Positions 33,934 to 42,815 of a DNA stretch of 42,815 bases are shown here, piece by piece. The position numbers were made by a program, and so were the translations under genes. The DNA is from a virus (Duplodnaviria > Caudoviricetes): IMG/VR virus record IMGVR_UViG_3300036856_000065, positions 1-42,815 of that record; one strand, written 5' to 3'. The notes under the pieces are model-generated. The model saw nothing but the letters and a program-made list of their open reading frames with translations. It searched no databases and had not been told where the DNA came from. The stretch's first letter is position 1. The number at the start of each line of letters is the position of its first letter.

Positions 33934-34914
33934 TTAGCGGGCGGTGACGCCCGTGAGCTTCGCGAATTCGCGCGTGACGCCGACGATTTCCGTGTACCAG
34001 TCGTTGCCGCGCGTGTCGCCGAAATGGCGAATGCCGCCGACGACGAACAGCCCGTCCTTATCGAGCCAGATTGCCGGCTGCCCGGGATAGAGCAGGATCT
34101 TGCGCAGCAGCGCCTGGTCGAGCTTGACGAGCTGCACGAGCTGGACCTGGGAATCGAGCAACGTCCGGAACGTACAGCCCTGCTCGGTCTGCTGCGGCGT
34201 CCCGATGAGCGTGTATTTCGTCAATCCGTCGCTGCCCGAGACTTGCGCCGTGCTGCTGAGGGCGGGCGCATAGACTACGTTGGGCTCGGTGCCTTGCGGC
34301 GCGAGCGAGCGTAGGTTGACGCCCTGCGGGCTCAGCCAGTAGTTCAGGTTGTTGTCCTTCGCCACATCGACAAAGAACTTGGTCGCCGGGCCCGCATAGG
34401 CGAGGCCGCGCGGCAGCGTCTTCGCATCGAGCGAAGGGTCCAGGTTCGCGTCCACGCAGGCGCGCCCCGCCGCTTTCGCTACCTGGCGCACTGCTTGGCC
34501 GAGCGTGAGCGGGTTGGCCGCCGGCGACGCCAGGCTTACGGAGACATAGCCGTTCTGGTCTTCGTAGAGACCGAGCATGCAATGCAGCGTGAGCTTGTAA
34601 TCGGTCTCGCCTTCGCGCTCCCAGATCGGCTGAAACACGCGGCCCGAGAAGATAAGGCCGGTGCCGGGCGACTGGTAGCCCGCTTCGATCGTGACGGGGT
34701 CGCCTTGCTGGATCACCTGCTGCATAGCCGCCGTGCAGTTGTAGATCGCAATGTCGGCGAACCAATAGGTCGGCAGGCCGATTTGTTCGATTGCGAACGT
34801 GACGCGCAGCGCTTCGCTGTCCCAGTCGCTGTTCGAAATGACCCAGTGCTCGCCGGAGGCCTGCGGGTCGACGGTCACCTTCCAGACGCGCCCGAAAAAA
34901 GATGGTGTGCTCAT
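33934..34914 (-). CDS. baseplate hub protein
   Basis: A.IAIYN, IEAGY, LIFSG, LIGTPQQT, H.GDTRGNDWYT. Confidence 0.8.
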   Translation of the reverse strand: MSTPSFFGRVWKVTVDPQASGEHWVISNSDWDSEALRVTFAIEQIGLPTYWFADIAIYNCTAAMQQVIQQGDPVTIEAGYQSPGTGLIFSGRVFQPIWEREGETDYKLTLHCMLGLYEDQNGYVSVSLASPAANPLTLGQAVRQVAKAAGRACVDANLDPSLDAKTLPRGLAYAGPATKFFVDVAKDNNLNYWLSPQGVNLRSLAPQGTEPNVVYAPALSSTAQVSGSDGLTKYTLIGTPQQTEQGCTFRTLLDSQVQLVQLVKLDQALLRKILLYPGQPAIWLDKDGLFVVGGIRHFGDTRGNDWYTEIVGVTREFAKLTGVTAR

Positions 34915-34917
34915 GGC

Positions 34918-35268
34918 TTAGAAGCTCGGCGTGTCATCCCACAGCAACAAAAAATCGGTGCCCAAATTCGTCGAGTCGGGCGAATCCAGGGGCGTACCGC
35001 TCGCGTTGATGACGTAGGCGCTGCCGATCGCGAGATAGGCGTACTGCCCGAGAATGTTGGCGGCCGGATAGCCGCCCGTGATCAGCGGAATGGAATCGAG
35101 CAGCACGTTGCCCAGGTGATCGCTGATCGTGAGCACCCAATAGCCGGCCGCTTCGGAGAACCGCACGGCGAGCTGCAGCGCGACGATCTGATTGTCGATC
35201 GAGAGAGACACCGCAAGCGTCTGCCCGGGCGCGGTGGTAAGTGGCACGATTTGGCTAGGCAAGAGCAT
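34918..35268 (-). CDS. baseplate plug-like protein
   Basis: IVPLT..PGQ, W.L.I.D..G..LL..IPLITG, NLGTDF.L.W. Confidence 0.7.
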   Translation of the reverse strand: MLLPSQIVPLTTAPGQTLAVSLSIDNQIVALQLAVRFSEAAGYWVLTISDHLGNVLLDSIPLITGGYPAANILGQYAYLAIGSAYVINASGTPLDSPDSTNLGTDFLLLWDDTPSF

Positions 35269-36070
35269 CTCCTACGCTTGACAAATTCCCGCTCGACCAA
35301 TTCCCTGCCCCCGGCACGGCCGGAAACGCCGGCGCGGTCGTCGAGGACGTGAGATTGTGCTGGGCGGTCACTGCGGACGGTACGGGCGTCGTTTGGACGG
35401 TGCCGGCGGGCGTCGCGTCGGTCGTCTGCGGGCTGCCGGACACCGCGCCGCTGGTTCCGTCGACAATGCCGTGCAGCTTCTCTTTCGTCGCCGTGACGCT
35501 CGCGAGAAACACTTCGCTGAAGACGATGGTCGCGCGCAGGCCGCGCAAGGTTTTATGCGTGTCGGCCGCCTGGATCGACTCGATGAGCATGTTCTGGTAC
35601 GACTCAAGCCGCGTCGTCAGCGTGACGAGCACGCGCGACTGCATGAGCGTGACGAACGTTTCGTACGCCGAGACGCTCTTCGATCCGGCCGAGCCCCAGT
35701 TCGAGGGATAGTAGCTCGCCATCGCGTCGCTCATGCCGATCGAGAGCGTGACCTTGCCCGGCAATAGGTAAGCGTGATCGGTGATCGAGGTGGCGGCCGA
35801 GCCGGCATTGGGCTGGATCGGATGCTCAGTGCGCCGCAGTTCGCGCACGTGTCTCGCCTCGAACACCGCGTCGAACACGTAGACGGTCGCGGGCGAGGCC
35901 GCGTTTGAGCCGGGCGTCGACGTCCCCGGTACCGTGATCGAGGTGACCGCCGGCCCGCTCCATTCCTTCGGCCGGTACGGGCCCGGTTTTGACACCGTGC
36001 CCGCTTCGGCGGCAGCGATGATCGGCCCGACGACGGCCTGGAGTTCGTTGAGAGCGAAAAAAGTTCCCAT
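35255..36070 (-). CDS. tail tube initiator / baseplate protein
   Basis: FDAV...H......TEHPIQ.....ITDHAY..P; follows the tape measure gene. Confidence 0.7.
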   Translation of the reverse strand: MGTFFALNELQAVVGPIIAAAEAGTVSKPGPYRPKEWSGPAVTSITVPGTSTPGSNAASPATVYVFDAVFEARHVRELRRTEHPIQPNAGSAATSITDHAYLLPGKVTLSIGMSDAMASYYPSNWGSAGSKSVSAYETFVTLMQSRVLVTLTTRLESYQNMLIESIQAADTHKTLRGLRATIVFSEVFLASVTATKEKLHGIVDGTSGAVSGSPQTTDATPAGTVQTTPVPSAVTAQHNLTSSTTAPAFPAVPGAGNWSSGNLSSVGDALA

Positions 36071-36074
36071 GTTT

Positions 36075-37712
36075 TTATCCCGCGAAGGCGAGCTGCGCCT
36101 GGTTGCGCTGCGTCTGTTTGCGCATCGCGTCGAGCACGCCCTGCGTCGTGGCCCGCTGCACTTGCTCGGGCGAAGCGTTCGGCTGCATGATATGCACGGC
36201 GATGTCGCCGACGGTGACGTTCATGCCCTCTTTGCTTTCGACGCCGCGCACGTAGTTCAGCACCTCGGGCGGCAGCTGCTGGTGCCGCGTGATCGCTTTA
36301 TCGAGGTTGCCCGCGCCCCAGTAGTACGCCGCGATCGCTTTGTCCTGCGAGCCGCTGTACTTGCGCATCAGATCGGCGAGCATACGCACGCCGCCGTCGA
36401 TGTTCTGGTCGGTATCGTTGCGATCGACGCCAAGACCTTTCGCCGTTCCCTGCAGCAGCTGAAAGATGCCGCGGGCCGTCGAGCCGGTATTCGCGACCAC
36501 GTTGCCCTTGGGGTCGAACTGGCGCATGCCGCTTTCCTGGCGCGCGACGGCCTCCGCGATATGTGGATCGAGTCCGACCTGGCTCGCCCGCTGGTCGATC
36601 TTCTGCGCGATCGTCCCCGAGCCTACCGGCGGCGCGGTCGCGCTCGGCATCCGTTCCGCGTCGAATTTTGACCGGATGCTTCCGAACAGCTCGGCAACTT
36701 TCGCACCGGGCCTGGGCGCAGGGTCGTCTTTGTCCTCCGGCTTGGTGAACGGGTGGGCGAGATCTATGCTCGGCTTGGTAGCGCCGGCGGCCTCTAGCGA
36801 GGCCTTGAGCTCCTTGGCCGCGTCGCTCCATTTGCCCGTCGCGGCGAGAGCCAGGCCGCTTAGCAGGTGAGCGAACGTTTGCTCGACGCCGATAATGGCA
36901 TCGAGGAGCTCTTTCATCCAGCCCACAACTTTGTGGACCGCCTTTTCGAATTTCTCGAAATCGGCTGTCGAGCCGGCGATCGAGCTATCGCCCGAGAGCA
37001 GCGCGATCAGGTTAGTAAAGGCAACTCCCATCTCGACCAGCGCGTCGCCGGTCTCTTCGAGAATTTCCCAGGTGTCTTTGAGCACCGGCACAAGATTCTG
37101 GGCGAACCAGTCGGCCAGCTGAGGCAGATGATCGACGACATAGTCGATCCAGCTTTCGAACTTCGCTTTGATCTGGTCGATGTACGGCGCGAGCTTTTCG
37201 TAGAGCGCCGAGACCAACGCCATCGAAAGATACTGCATCTCGATGTGCAGCTTCGAGACTTCGGTGCGCAGGTCGCGAATGCCCTGCATGTTCTTTTCGA
37301 ACGCCGGCCCGATCCGCTGCGCGAGCCGGTCCTGCAGCTGCGCGAGCTCGATGAAGCGCGAGCGAAGTTCCGGATCCCGCGCCAGATCGTCCATCGAAGC
37401 GCCGAGCGCGGACAGCCCGATCTGCATCTTCCGCGCCTGCTCGGTCGTCATGAACATGCGCAGGCCGAACAGCCGGTACGACTGATCCGCCATCGCGACG
37501 TGATCGGCTAAGCCGATGGTCGCCGCGCTGATGCCGACAAATGCCCCGGTGATCGCGCCCTGCCACTTCGCGACGTCTTTGATGACGCCGGACGTGTGGA
37601 GCTCGACCATGCCGGCCGCATCTTTGAGCGCCGCGTCGAATTTCTTCAACTGCGGTTGATTGACGGCGAAGCCCAGGTCGACCAGGTAAGATTTGAGAAC
37701 TTCAATGTCCAT
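36075..37712 (-). CDS. tape measure protein with lytic transglycosylase domain
   Basis: LKSYLVDLGF N-terminus, helical body, SLT motifs QESG, ARGIFQL, AIAAYYWGAGN. Confidence 0.88.
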   Translation of the reverse strand: MDIEVLKSYLVDLGFAVNQPQLKKFDAALKDAAGMVELHTSGVIKDVAKWQGAITGAFVGISAATIGLADHVAMADQSYRLFGLRMFMTTEQARKMQIGLSALGASMDDLARDPELRSRFIELAQLQDRLAQRIGPAFEKNMQGIRDLRTEVSKLHIEMQYLSMALVSALYEKLAPYIDQIKAKFESWIDYVVDHLPQLADWFAQNLVPVLKDTWEILEETGDALVEMGVAFTNLIALLSGDSSIAGSTADFEKFEKAVHKVVGWMKELLDAIIGVEQTFAHLLSGLALAATGKWSDAAKELKASLEAAGATKPSIDLAHPFTKPEDKDDPAPRPGAKVAELFGSIRSKFDAERMPSATAPPVGSGTIAQKIDQRASQVGLDPHIAEAVARQESGMRQFDPKGNVVANTGSTARGIFQLLQGTAKGLGVDRNDTDQNIDGGVRMLADLMRKYSGSQDKAIAAYYWGAGNLDKAITRHQQLPPEVLNYVRGVESKEGMNVTVGDIAVHIMQPNASPEQVQRATTQGVLDAMRKQTQRNQAQLAFAG

Positions 37713-37965
37713 GAGGATTGTTCTTTGCTAGGTAGTAAGCGTGCGTGCGGCGCTCGTTCTCGGCCCGCACGTCGAGCAATTCGTGAACGTCGAGCAGATC
37801 TTCGAACGTGTAGGTGCCGTCGAAGAGCTCGCGGTGCTGCCAGAGGCCCGCGAGCACGGGCCGGAAAGCGAAACTGTCTAGGTTAGGGAAGCCGACGAGT
37901 TCAGGCCCAGGCCCAGGCCCGGCAGAGCCGACAGAATCTGGCTCAACCCGTCCCCTTCGAAAAAA
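37702..37965 (-). CDS. -1 frame extension of the tail assembly chaperone (GT-type product)
   Basis: RPVLAGLWQHREL.DGTYT.EDLLD.HELLDV..EN in the -1 frame after slippery T TTT TTC. Confidence 0.7.
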   Translation of the reverse strand, partial: FFRRGRVEPDSVGSAGPGPGPELVGFPNLDSFAFRPVLAGLWQHRELFDGTYTFEDLLDVHELLDVRAENERRTHAYYLAKNNPHGH

Positions 37966-38327
37966 GGTGTGAGATTGAAGAGCAGCGCCTTGACCGTCAG
38001 CGTCATGACGGCGATGAGGTCGTACTCGAGCTCCTTGATCGCGAAGGTGTTGTTGGGCAACACGAAAACCGGCATCGGGACGCCGTTCTCGTAGCGCCGG
38101 CACACGGCGAGCGCGTGGCCTTGGATCGAAGCAAACTCTTCTTCGCTGAGCAGCGAGCGATTGGAGGCGAGCTTCGCGCCCGCCTCCTTCACCAGCGCCC
38201 GTTCGATCACGGCGGGCAGCATCTTGGTCAGAACCTGCGCCAGGATCCAGCTACCGTCGCGGGCTTTGAAGCGCCCGACCTGGTAGCGGGTGCCCGCGAT
38301 TTCGACGTCTTGCGTTTGTGGCTGCAT
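37878..38327 (-). CDS. tail assembly chaperone
   Basis: between tube and tape measure genes; VEIAGTRYQVGR...NLTPFF. Confidence 0.8.
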   Translation of the reverse strand: MQPQTQDVEIAGTRYQVGRFKARDGSWILAQVLTKMLPAVIERALVKEAGAKLASNRSLLSEEEFASIQGHALAVCRRYENGVPMPVFVLPNNTFAIKELEYDLIAVMTLTVKALLFNLTPFFEGDGLSQILSALPGLGLGLNSSASLT

Positions 38328-38330
38328 GGA

Positions 38331-38774
38331 TTACTCGTTGATGATGGTCGCGGCCGGCAGTGTCCAGGTGATCTTCTGGCCCTGCGCCTGGTAGACCTTG
38401 TCGGGCACTTTGCCCGGGCTCACGCCGGTCGCGGTATGCACCGAACCGTCGACCAGGTTGCGGATCGAAACGACGCCCGCCGCCCAGAAGCCCACGTCGC
38501 CGGCATCGGCCGCCGTCTTGCAAACGTTGAACCAATTCAGCAGGAAGTCGTGCAGATCGCTTGTCTGCTGCACTTCGATCGAGATCGTGCCATTGTCGCC
38601 CGGTATGTAGGACACCATGACCGAGCCGTCGCTCGACACATCTTGGACTGTGCGGTCCTGCGTCATCGTAATCGAAACCTGGCCGAGGCCGATGTTGCCG
38701 CCGCCCAGAATATAGCTGCCCACCAGCGGATGCACAAAGGCGCCGCTGAGATCTTTGAAAGAGTAAGTTGTCAT
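38331..38774 (-). CDS. tail tube protein (DUF3277-like)
   Basis: MTTYSFKDL, SSDGSVM, G.I.I...QTS. Confidence 0.82.
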   Translation of the reverse strand: MTTYSFKDLSGAFVHPLVGSYILGGGNIGLGQVSITMTQDRTVQDVSSDGSVMVSYIPGDNGTISIEVQQTSDLHDFLLNWFNVCKTAADAGDVGFWAAGVVSIRNLVDGSVHTATGVSPGKVPDKVYQAQGQKITWTLPAATIINE

Positions 38775-38802
38775 TTCGTCATCCCGTTATTTCTGCAGAA
38801 AT
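38772..38802 (-). promoter_or_regulatory. bipartite motif copy ending in the tube start codon
   Basis: minus strand atttctgcagaaat-aacgggat-gacgaaATG. Confidence 0.75.
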
Positions 38803-38814
38803 TCGTTGCGCGAA

Positions 38815-39951
38815 TTAGCGCTCGACGTAAACGCCGATGGTGATCGAGTGCATGGAGCCGGCCTCGATAAAGGTCGCGTAGATCGGCATGGCCTTGCGCG
38901 CCGCGCGATCGCCGGCCGACTGCGCCGTGAACGACTGCGCCTGGCACAAATAGCCCTTGGGAAGCGGCGTGCCGGCGCTCACGTTGAGCACGGTCTGCCC
39001 GTTCCAGGTGCCGGGCGCGATGTAGCCGCGCGTCACCGCGCGATCGAACGCGCCCGAAACGGCCGCGATGAGCTGCGCTTCGCCGGCGTTGGTCTGCGGC
39101 ACGGACGGCTGGCTGATCAGCAGATTCGCGACGCTGTACTGGATGTCGGAGGTCAGCATGTCGAGCGAGAGGATCTCGTCGAGGAACTGGCCGTTCGCGA
39201 CGACGCCCTGCTCGAGCCAGTTGTAGGTGTTCGAGAAGTTCAGGTACAGATTGCCGTTCGACGTTTCGATCGAGGAAACCTGCGACGCGGTGAGCGGCTC
39301 GGCCGTGATGCCGGTCAGCGTCTTGAACTTCATGGTGAAGTTCGAATTGGCGAGGCCGTTGTTGAGGCCCATGGCGACGCCCAGCGCGGCGGCCGCTGCG
39401 TAGACGTTATTTGGCGCAGCGCCCGACTGCGCGGTCGAGTAGATACCGAACGCGCGGTTGTAGCTGGCGGCCTGCAGGGTCAGGAGCACGTTGCCCGCGG
39501 TGCCGGCGAGAACCGCGGCGTCGGACGTTGTGTAGAAGTAGCAGCTGGCGGGCGTGATCGCTTGGATCCAGGCCGCGATCGCTTCGTGATCGGCCAGCGC
39601 AGCATCAGTGACCATGCAGCCCCACCAGGAGGACGAAGCCGCGCGGCAGGCCTGCAGGGCCGCGAGCGCGCTCTCGCTGGCGGAAACGTTCTGGCAGCCA
39701 ACCCACAACGTGGTCGGCGTCGGCGTTTGGCCGAAGTACTGCTCGGCGGCGACAAATTCGGGATTCGCCGAGGTGAAGCCGGCCGTGGTCATGGCCGCGA
39801 GATTCGGGTACTGTTGCACCCGGGTCGAGGCCGGAATGATGGTCGAGGGGCCGACGATGAGGCCCTGGTTGAAAGTGGGCGACGCGGCGGCAACGGGCGA
39901 GACGGCCACCGACACGTTGCACACCACGCTCAAGGGTTGCGTGTTGCTCAT
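38815..39951 (-). CDS. tail sheath protein (DUF3383)
   Basis: PEFVAAEQYFGQTP.P, TMKFK.L.G, QGVVANGQF.DE, DRAARK, AGSMH. Confidence 0.9.
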   Translation of the reverse strand: MSNTQPLSVVCNVSVAVSPVAAASPTFNQGLIVGPSTIIPASTRVQQYPNLAAMTTAGFTSANPEFVAAEQYFGQTPTPTTLWVGCQNVSASESALAALQACRAASSSWWGCMVTDAALADHEAIAAWIQAITPASCYFYTTSDAAVLAGTAGNVLLTLQAASYNRAFGIYSTAQSGAAPNNVYAAAAALGVAMGLNNGLANSNFTMKFKTLTGITAEPLTASQVSSIETSNGNLYLNFSNTYNWLEQGVVANGQFLDEILSLDMLTSDIQYSVANLLISQPSVPQTNAGEAQLIAAVSGAFDRAVTRGYIAPGTWNGQTVLNVSAGTPLPKGYLCQAQSFTAQSAGDRAARKAMPIYATFIEAGSMHSITIGVYVER

Positions 39952-39997
39952 GATTTAAAAGTTCCTTTGGAAGTGGGAAATAGCGCCGGGGCGCGGG

Positions 39998-40612
39998 TTA
40001 AGACTGCTGTGCGGAGACGTCGGCCACCAGGCCGTGCCGGTTGTAGACGATCACTTCGGCGCTCGCGATCGACGAGTCGACGATGGTCGCGGTGACGAGT
40101 TCGTTGTAGCGGGCGCTGAGATCGGTGCGCTTCCACCACTGGGCAGAAAACAATTCGGGCGCGTACTGCGGGCGGCCCGAGTCGACCAGATAGAGCTGCG
40201 ACGCGGCGAGCGCATCGTGTACCCAGTCGAGAAAGAGCGCGTCGTTGGTCAGGCGCGCGTGATCGAACGAGTTTGGGCCATAGAATTTCCAGGACACACG
40301 CCACACGCGCGTGTAGGTGTACGTCGCCGTCAGGCTCTGCGGGTTGTTATACCCGTACGCGCGGTCGCGGATCTTTGAGAAATCGGACTCTTCTTCGCGC
40401 GCGCCGAGAAATGCAATGTCGTCGGTGATGGCCCAGGCCGGCTGCCCGCTGGTCGGCCAGTCGAGCCGCACTTTCGCGTAGGCGGGATCGGTGGCGTTCT
40501 GCGGATTCAGGCCGAGGATCTGCGCCGTCACGAGCTGAAACGCCGCGAGAAAGCTATCGGGCGTGAGCGCGCTCGACGTGAGCGTCTGCCCGTTGGGGAA
40601 AGTGGTTGACAT
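39998..40612 (-). CDS. tail terminator / neck protein
   Basis: YTRVW.VSW.FYGPNSFD.A, PELF..QWW.R.DL. Confidence 0.75.
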   Translation of the reverse strand: MSTTFPNGQTLTSSALTPDSFLAAFQLVTAQILGLNPQNATDPAYAKVRLDWPTSGQPAWAITDDIAFLGAREEESDFSKIRDRAYGYNNPQSLTATYTYTRVWRVSWKFYGPNSFDHARLTNDALFLDWVHDALAASQLYLVDSGRPQYAPELFSAQWWKRTDLSARYNELVTATIVDSSIASAEVIVYNRHGLVADVSAQQS

Positions 40613-40620
40613 GAAAGTTT

Positions 40621-40980
40621 TTATTCGCCGCTGGTCCGGACGCCGACGGCCTTCCAGTACCCGTTCGCTGAGCGGTCCCAGACCTTCGCGAGCCGGTACA
40701 CGTCGCCCTGCCAGGTGATCGTGTCGCTCAAGCCCTGCGGCGCGCCGGCGCGCGTCTCATACAGCGGCCGCGTCGAGTAGAAGGTCATCGTGCCGGTCAC
40801 GCGATCGCCCGCGTCGACCTGCTGCAGATCGTTGCCGCTCGACGTATTCGCGACGCCCGTCATCGTGATCACGTGCGCCGTCGACTGCCAGCCGCCCAGC
40901 GCAAACACGCCCGCCGAGCGCGTCACGACGAACGTGGTCTGGAAATCGGGGTCGTGCAAAATGTCGCTTACGTTGATCAT
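40621..40980 (-). CDS. head closure protein
   Basis: MINVSDILHDPDF, DLQQV..GDR, D.I.WQG..YR, GYWKA. Confidence 0.75.
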   Translation of the reverse strand: MINVSDILHDPDFQTTFVVTRSAGVFALGGWQSTAHVITMTGVANTSSGNDLQQVDAGDRVTGTMTFYSTRPLYETRAGAPQGLSDTITWQGDVYRLAKVWDRSANGYWKAVGVRTSGE

Positions 40981-40990
40981 GGTCGGGTAT

Positions 40991-41101
40991 TTAATTCTGC
41001 GAGTGCGTGTGCGCCGCGACAATCGTTGCGACGTTCACCGGCGCGTAGAGCATCCACGCGATGAGCACCGTGACCAGCGCCAGCAAAAGTTCACGTAACA
41101 C
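40991..41101 (-). CDS. 36-aa hydrophobic peptide
   Basis: GTG start; MLRELLLALVTVLIAWMLYAPVNVATIVAAHTHSQN. Confidence 0.4.
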   Translation of the reverse strand: MLRELLLALVTVLIAWMLYAPVNVATIVAAHTHSQN

Positions 41102-41102
41102 T

Positions 41103-41198
41103 TTAATTCAAGGACAAGCGCGCGCGAAACAGCACGCCGTTGTCGAAGCGGTAGTAAAACACCGCGACGAGCGGGCGGTACGCGAGATTGAGCAGCAT
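41103..41198 (-). CDS. 31-aa peptide
   Basis: MLLNLAYRPLVAVFYYRFDNGVLFRARLSLN; starts 3 bp after the neck gene stop. Confidence 0.4.
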   Translation of the reverse strand: MLLNLAYRPLVAVFYYRFDNGVLFRARLSLN

Positions 41199-41201
41199 GG
41201 T

Positions 41202-41681
41202 TTAGTCTTCCACCAGGAACGTGATTGAGCGCCGCATCTGCCCGGTATCGACGAGCGGGCGGTCGCTGCCCTTGCGTTTGATCGTCGAGGGCGCGTCCGG
41301 AGCCCAGCCGTTGCGCGAGTCTGTAAACCAGCGCTTCGCCGCATTCGAGCCGAGTATCCCGGCCTGGTTGAGATGCTGAGACGTTTGATCGGGTTTATGC
41401 GCGAGCACAGCGCGCGCCGCCTCGCCGAGTTGTTTCGTGATCAGCTGCTTGTTGTCGGAGGCCGCGAGCGCCGGTTCGATGATGGGCCGCGCGGGAATGC
41501 CCCGCAGCGGCGATCCGTTAGTGTGCAGATAGACGAGCTGCGCGTTCGTCGCTTCGCCCGACTGGCGCGCCGTATGATCTTCGGGCACGCCCACGTACAC
41601 CTTCTTCTTCGCAAGCTGCTGCAGCGAGGCGCGCATCTTCGCGAGCGAGTCGCTCGACGAAACGTTTACGTTGGGCTTCAA
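41202..41681 (-). CDS. neck / tail-completion protein
   Basis: VYVGVP, NAQL.Y.H..GS, IPARP, W.P.APSTIKRKGS..PLVDTGQMRRSITF; TTG start overlaps the fibre stop. Confidence 0.8.
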   Translation of the reverse strand: MKPNVNVSSSDSLAKMRASLQQLAKKKVYVGVPEDHTARQSGEATNAQLVYLHTNGSPLRGIPARPIIEPALAASDNKQLITKQLGEAARAVLAHKPDQTSQHLNQAGILGSNAAKRWFTDSRNGWAPDAPSTIKRKGSDRPLVDTGQMRRSITFLVED

Positions 41682-42784
41682 TTGACCACCGCCGCCGGCG
41701 GATAAGTGAACTGCGTCAGCGCCGTGACGGTCCCGCAGGTCGAGGGCAGCGTCGTTACGTTGCTCGTCGTCGTCGACGCATTCGAGCAGGTTCCCATCGC
41801 AAGCCCGTAACCGGTTTGTCCGGCGTTGGCCATACCGGCAGAAATGCCGGCCAGATCGGCGATGACATAGAGCGAGGTGGCGATGCTGTCGGACGAGTAT
41901 CCGAGATAATACGTGCCGGCCGGAAGCGAGACGGTGCCGGCCCACGTGGCGCGTCGGAAAGTAGAGACGCCTGCGCCGGTGATGGTGGTCGACTGGCTGT
42001 TCGCGATGAGCGCGCCGGTGGAACTGTAGATGGCGAACGCGAAGTGGCCGGCGTCGCCGGCGGTCGATTCGGTGTACACGGTAACGCCACCGGTGAGCGA
42101 CCAGCCCGGCGAGGGAACCTGGAATTGATACACCTGCACCTGATGCACGCTGAGCGCCGTGGTGTTGCCCGTCGAAACGCTGTCGCCGAACAGCCATTCG
42201 CTACCGGTCAGAGGCGTGCTCGAGCCGGCCGAGGTCGGCACGCGCTGCACGGCCGAGCCGTCGTAATAGCTCAATTGCTTCAGATCGCTGCGAAACCACT
42301 CGTCGCCTGCGACGTGCGTCGACGGATCTGCCGTTACGCCTGCGTGGTTCAGGCCGGCCGTGGTCGAGCTCGGCGTAAAGGTCTGCTTCATGCCCGCCGT
42401 GTACGTATTCGCCTGGTCGGTGAAAACGGTGGTTGAGAGCAGGCGCGTCTTCGCGAGCGCTCCGGTCCAGCCGAGCGTGAAGACGCCGCCGCTGAGACTG
42501 CCGGTGACGTTCGTATCGTTGGTGACGCTCGTCACGCCGGTCGGGCCAGTTGCGCCAGTTGCGCCGGCTGGGATACCAAAATTGAAGGTCGCGGCCGACG
42601 AAGATCCGACGTTCGTCACGGTGGGCGTTGCGCCGGCGGCGAGCGGAGTCACCGAGCCGACCGCAATCGTAGCCGCTGTGCCCGCTGGACCGGTACTTCC
42701 GGTCGCGCCAGCAGCGCCTTGCGGGACAGTGAAATTGAAGACGGCGGCCGACGAGCTCCCCGAATTAGTGACGCTGGCGGAAGT
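41678..42784 (-). CDS. 3' part of the collagen-like fibre gene (C-terminal beta-rich domain)
   Basis: in frame with 1530-1 after removing the 31-bp overlap. Confidence 0.85.
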   Translation of the reverse strand, partial: TSASVTNSGSSSAAVFNFTVPQGAAGATGSTGPAGTAATIAVGSVTPLAAGATPTVTNVGSSSAATFNFGIPAGATGATGPTGVTSVTNDTNVTGSLSGGVFTLGWTGALAKTRLLSTTVFTDQANTYTAGMKQTFTPSSTTAGLNHAGVTADPSTHVAGDEWFRSDLKQLSYYDGSAVQRVPTSAGSSTPLTGSEWLFGDSVSTGNTTALSVHQVQVYQFQVPSPGWSLTGGVTVYTESTAGDAGHFAFAIYSSTGALIANSQSTTITGAGVSTFRRATWAGTVSLPAGTYYLGYSSDSIATSLYVIADLAGISAGMANAGQTGYGLAMGTCSNASTTTSNVTTLPSTCGTVTALTQFTYPPAAVVN

Positions 42785-42815
42785 GCCCGCCGCGCCGGTA
42801 GTCGTCGAGCCGACT

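Noticed and set aside
38806-40095. Long plus-strand ORFs opposite the tail genes (also 31570-32553 and 32816-33886)
   Set aside because: Antisense shadows typical of GC-rich coding DNA
41202-42197. 331-aa ORF as a long neck protein
   Set aside because: The upstream part is an off-frame overlap with the fibre gene; the real start is probably TTG at 41681

Overview
The window looks like a complete, circularly closed genome of a GC-rich tailed phage with a short contractile tail (DUF1073 portal, DUF2213 protease/scaffold, DUF2184 capsid, DUF3383 sheath). Bases 1-31 equal the last 31 bases, and the join falls inside a repetitive fibre gene that reads in frame across it. One long minus-strand late region covers lysis, methyltransferases, terminase, head, neck and tail (about 20.7 kb down to 1, then 42.8 kb down to 29.9 kb). 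A mostly plus-strand early/replication region spans about 21.4-28.7 kb. The host may be Acidobacteriota-like, which is a weak inference from protein style. Most unusual elements: (1) a 1150-aa portal carrying three effector domains (GNAT-like, ParB-like, HExxH metallopeptidase), each preceded by a repeated T-x-D...HPR...GEF...GGG tag, with an A10 slip tract before the last module and a small possible immunity gene after it; (2) five copies of a hairpin/promoter-like repeat, each heading small ORFs; (3) a dif-like XerC/D site whose XerC arm is half of a palindrome that also fills an early promoter; (4) a second, seven-copy bipartite motif at start codons of early and tail genes; (5) export signal peptides on virion-type proteins. 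All family names come from motif recognition and gene order; no database search was run.
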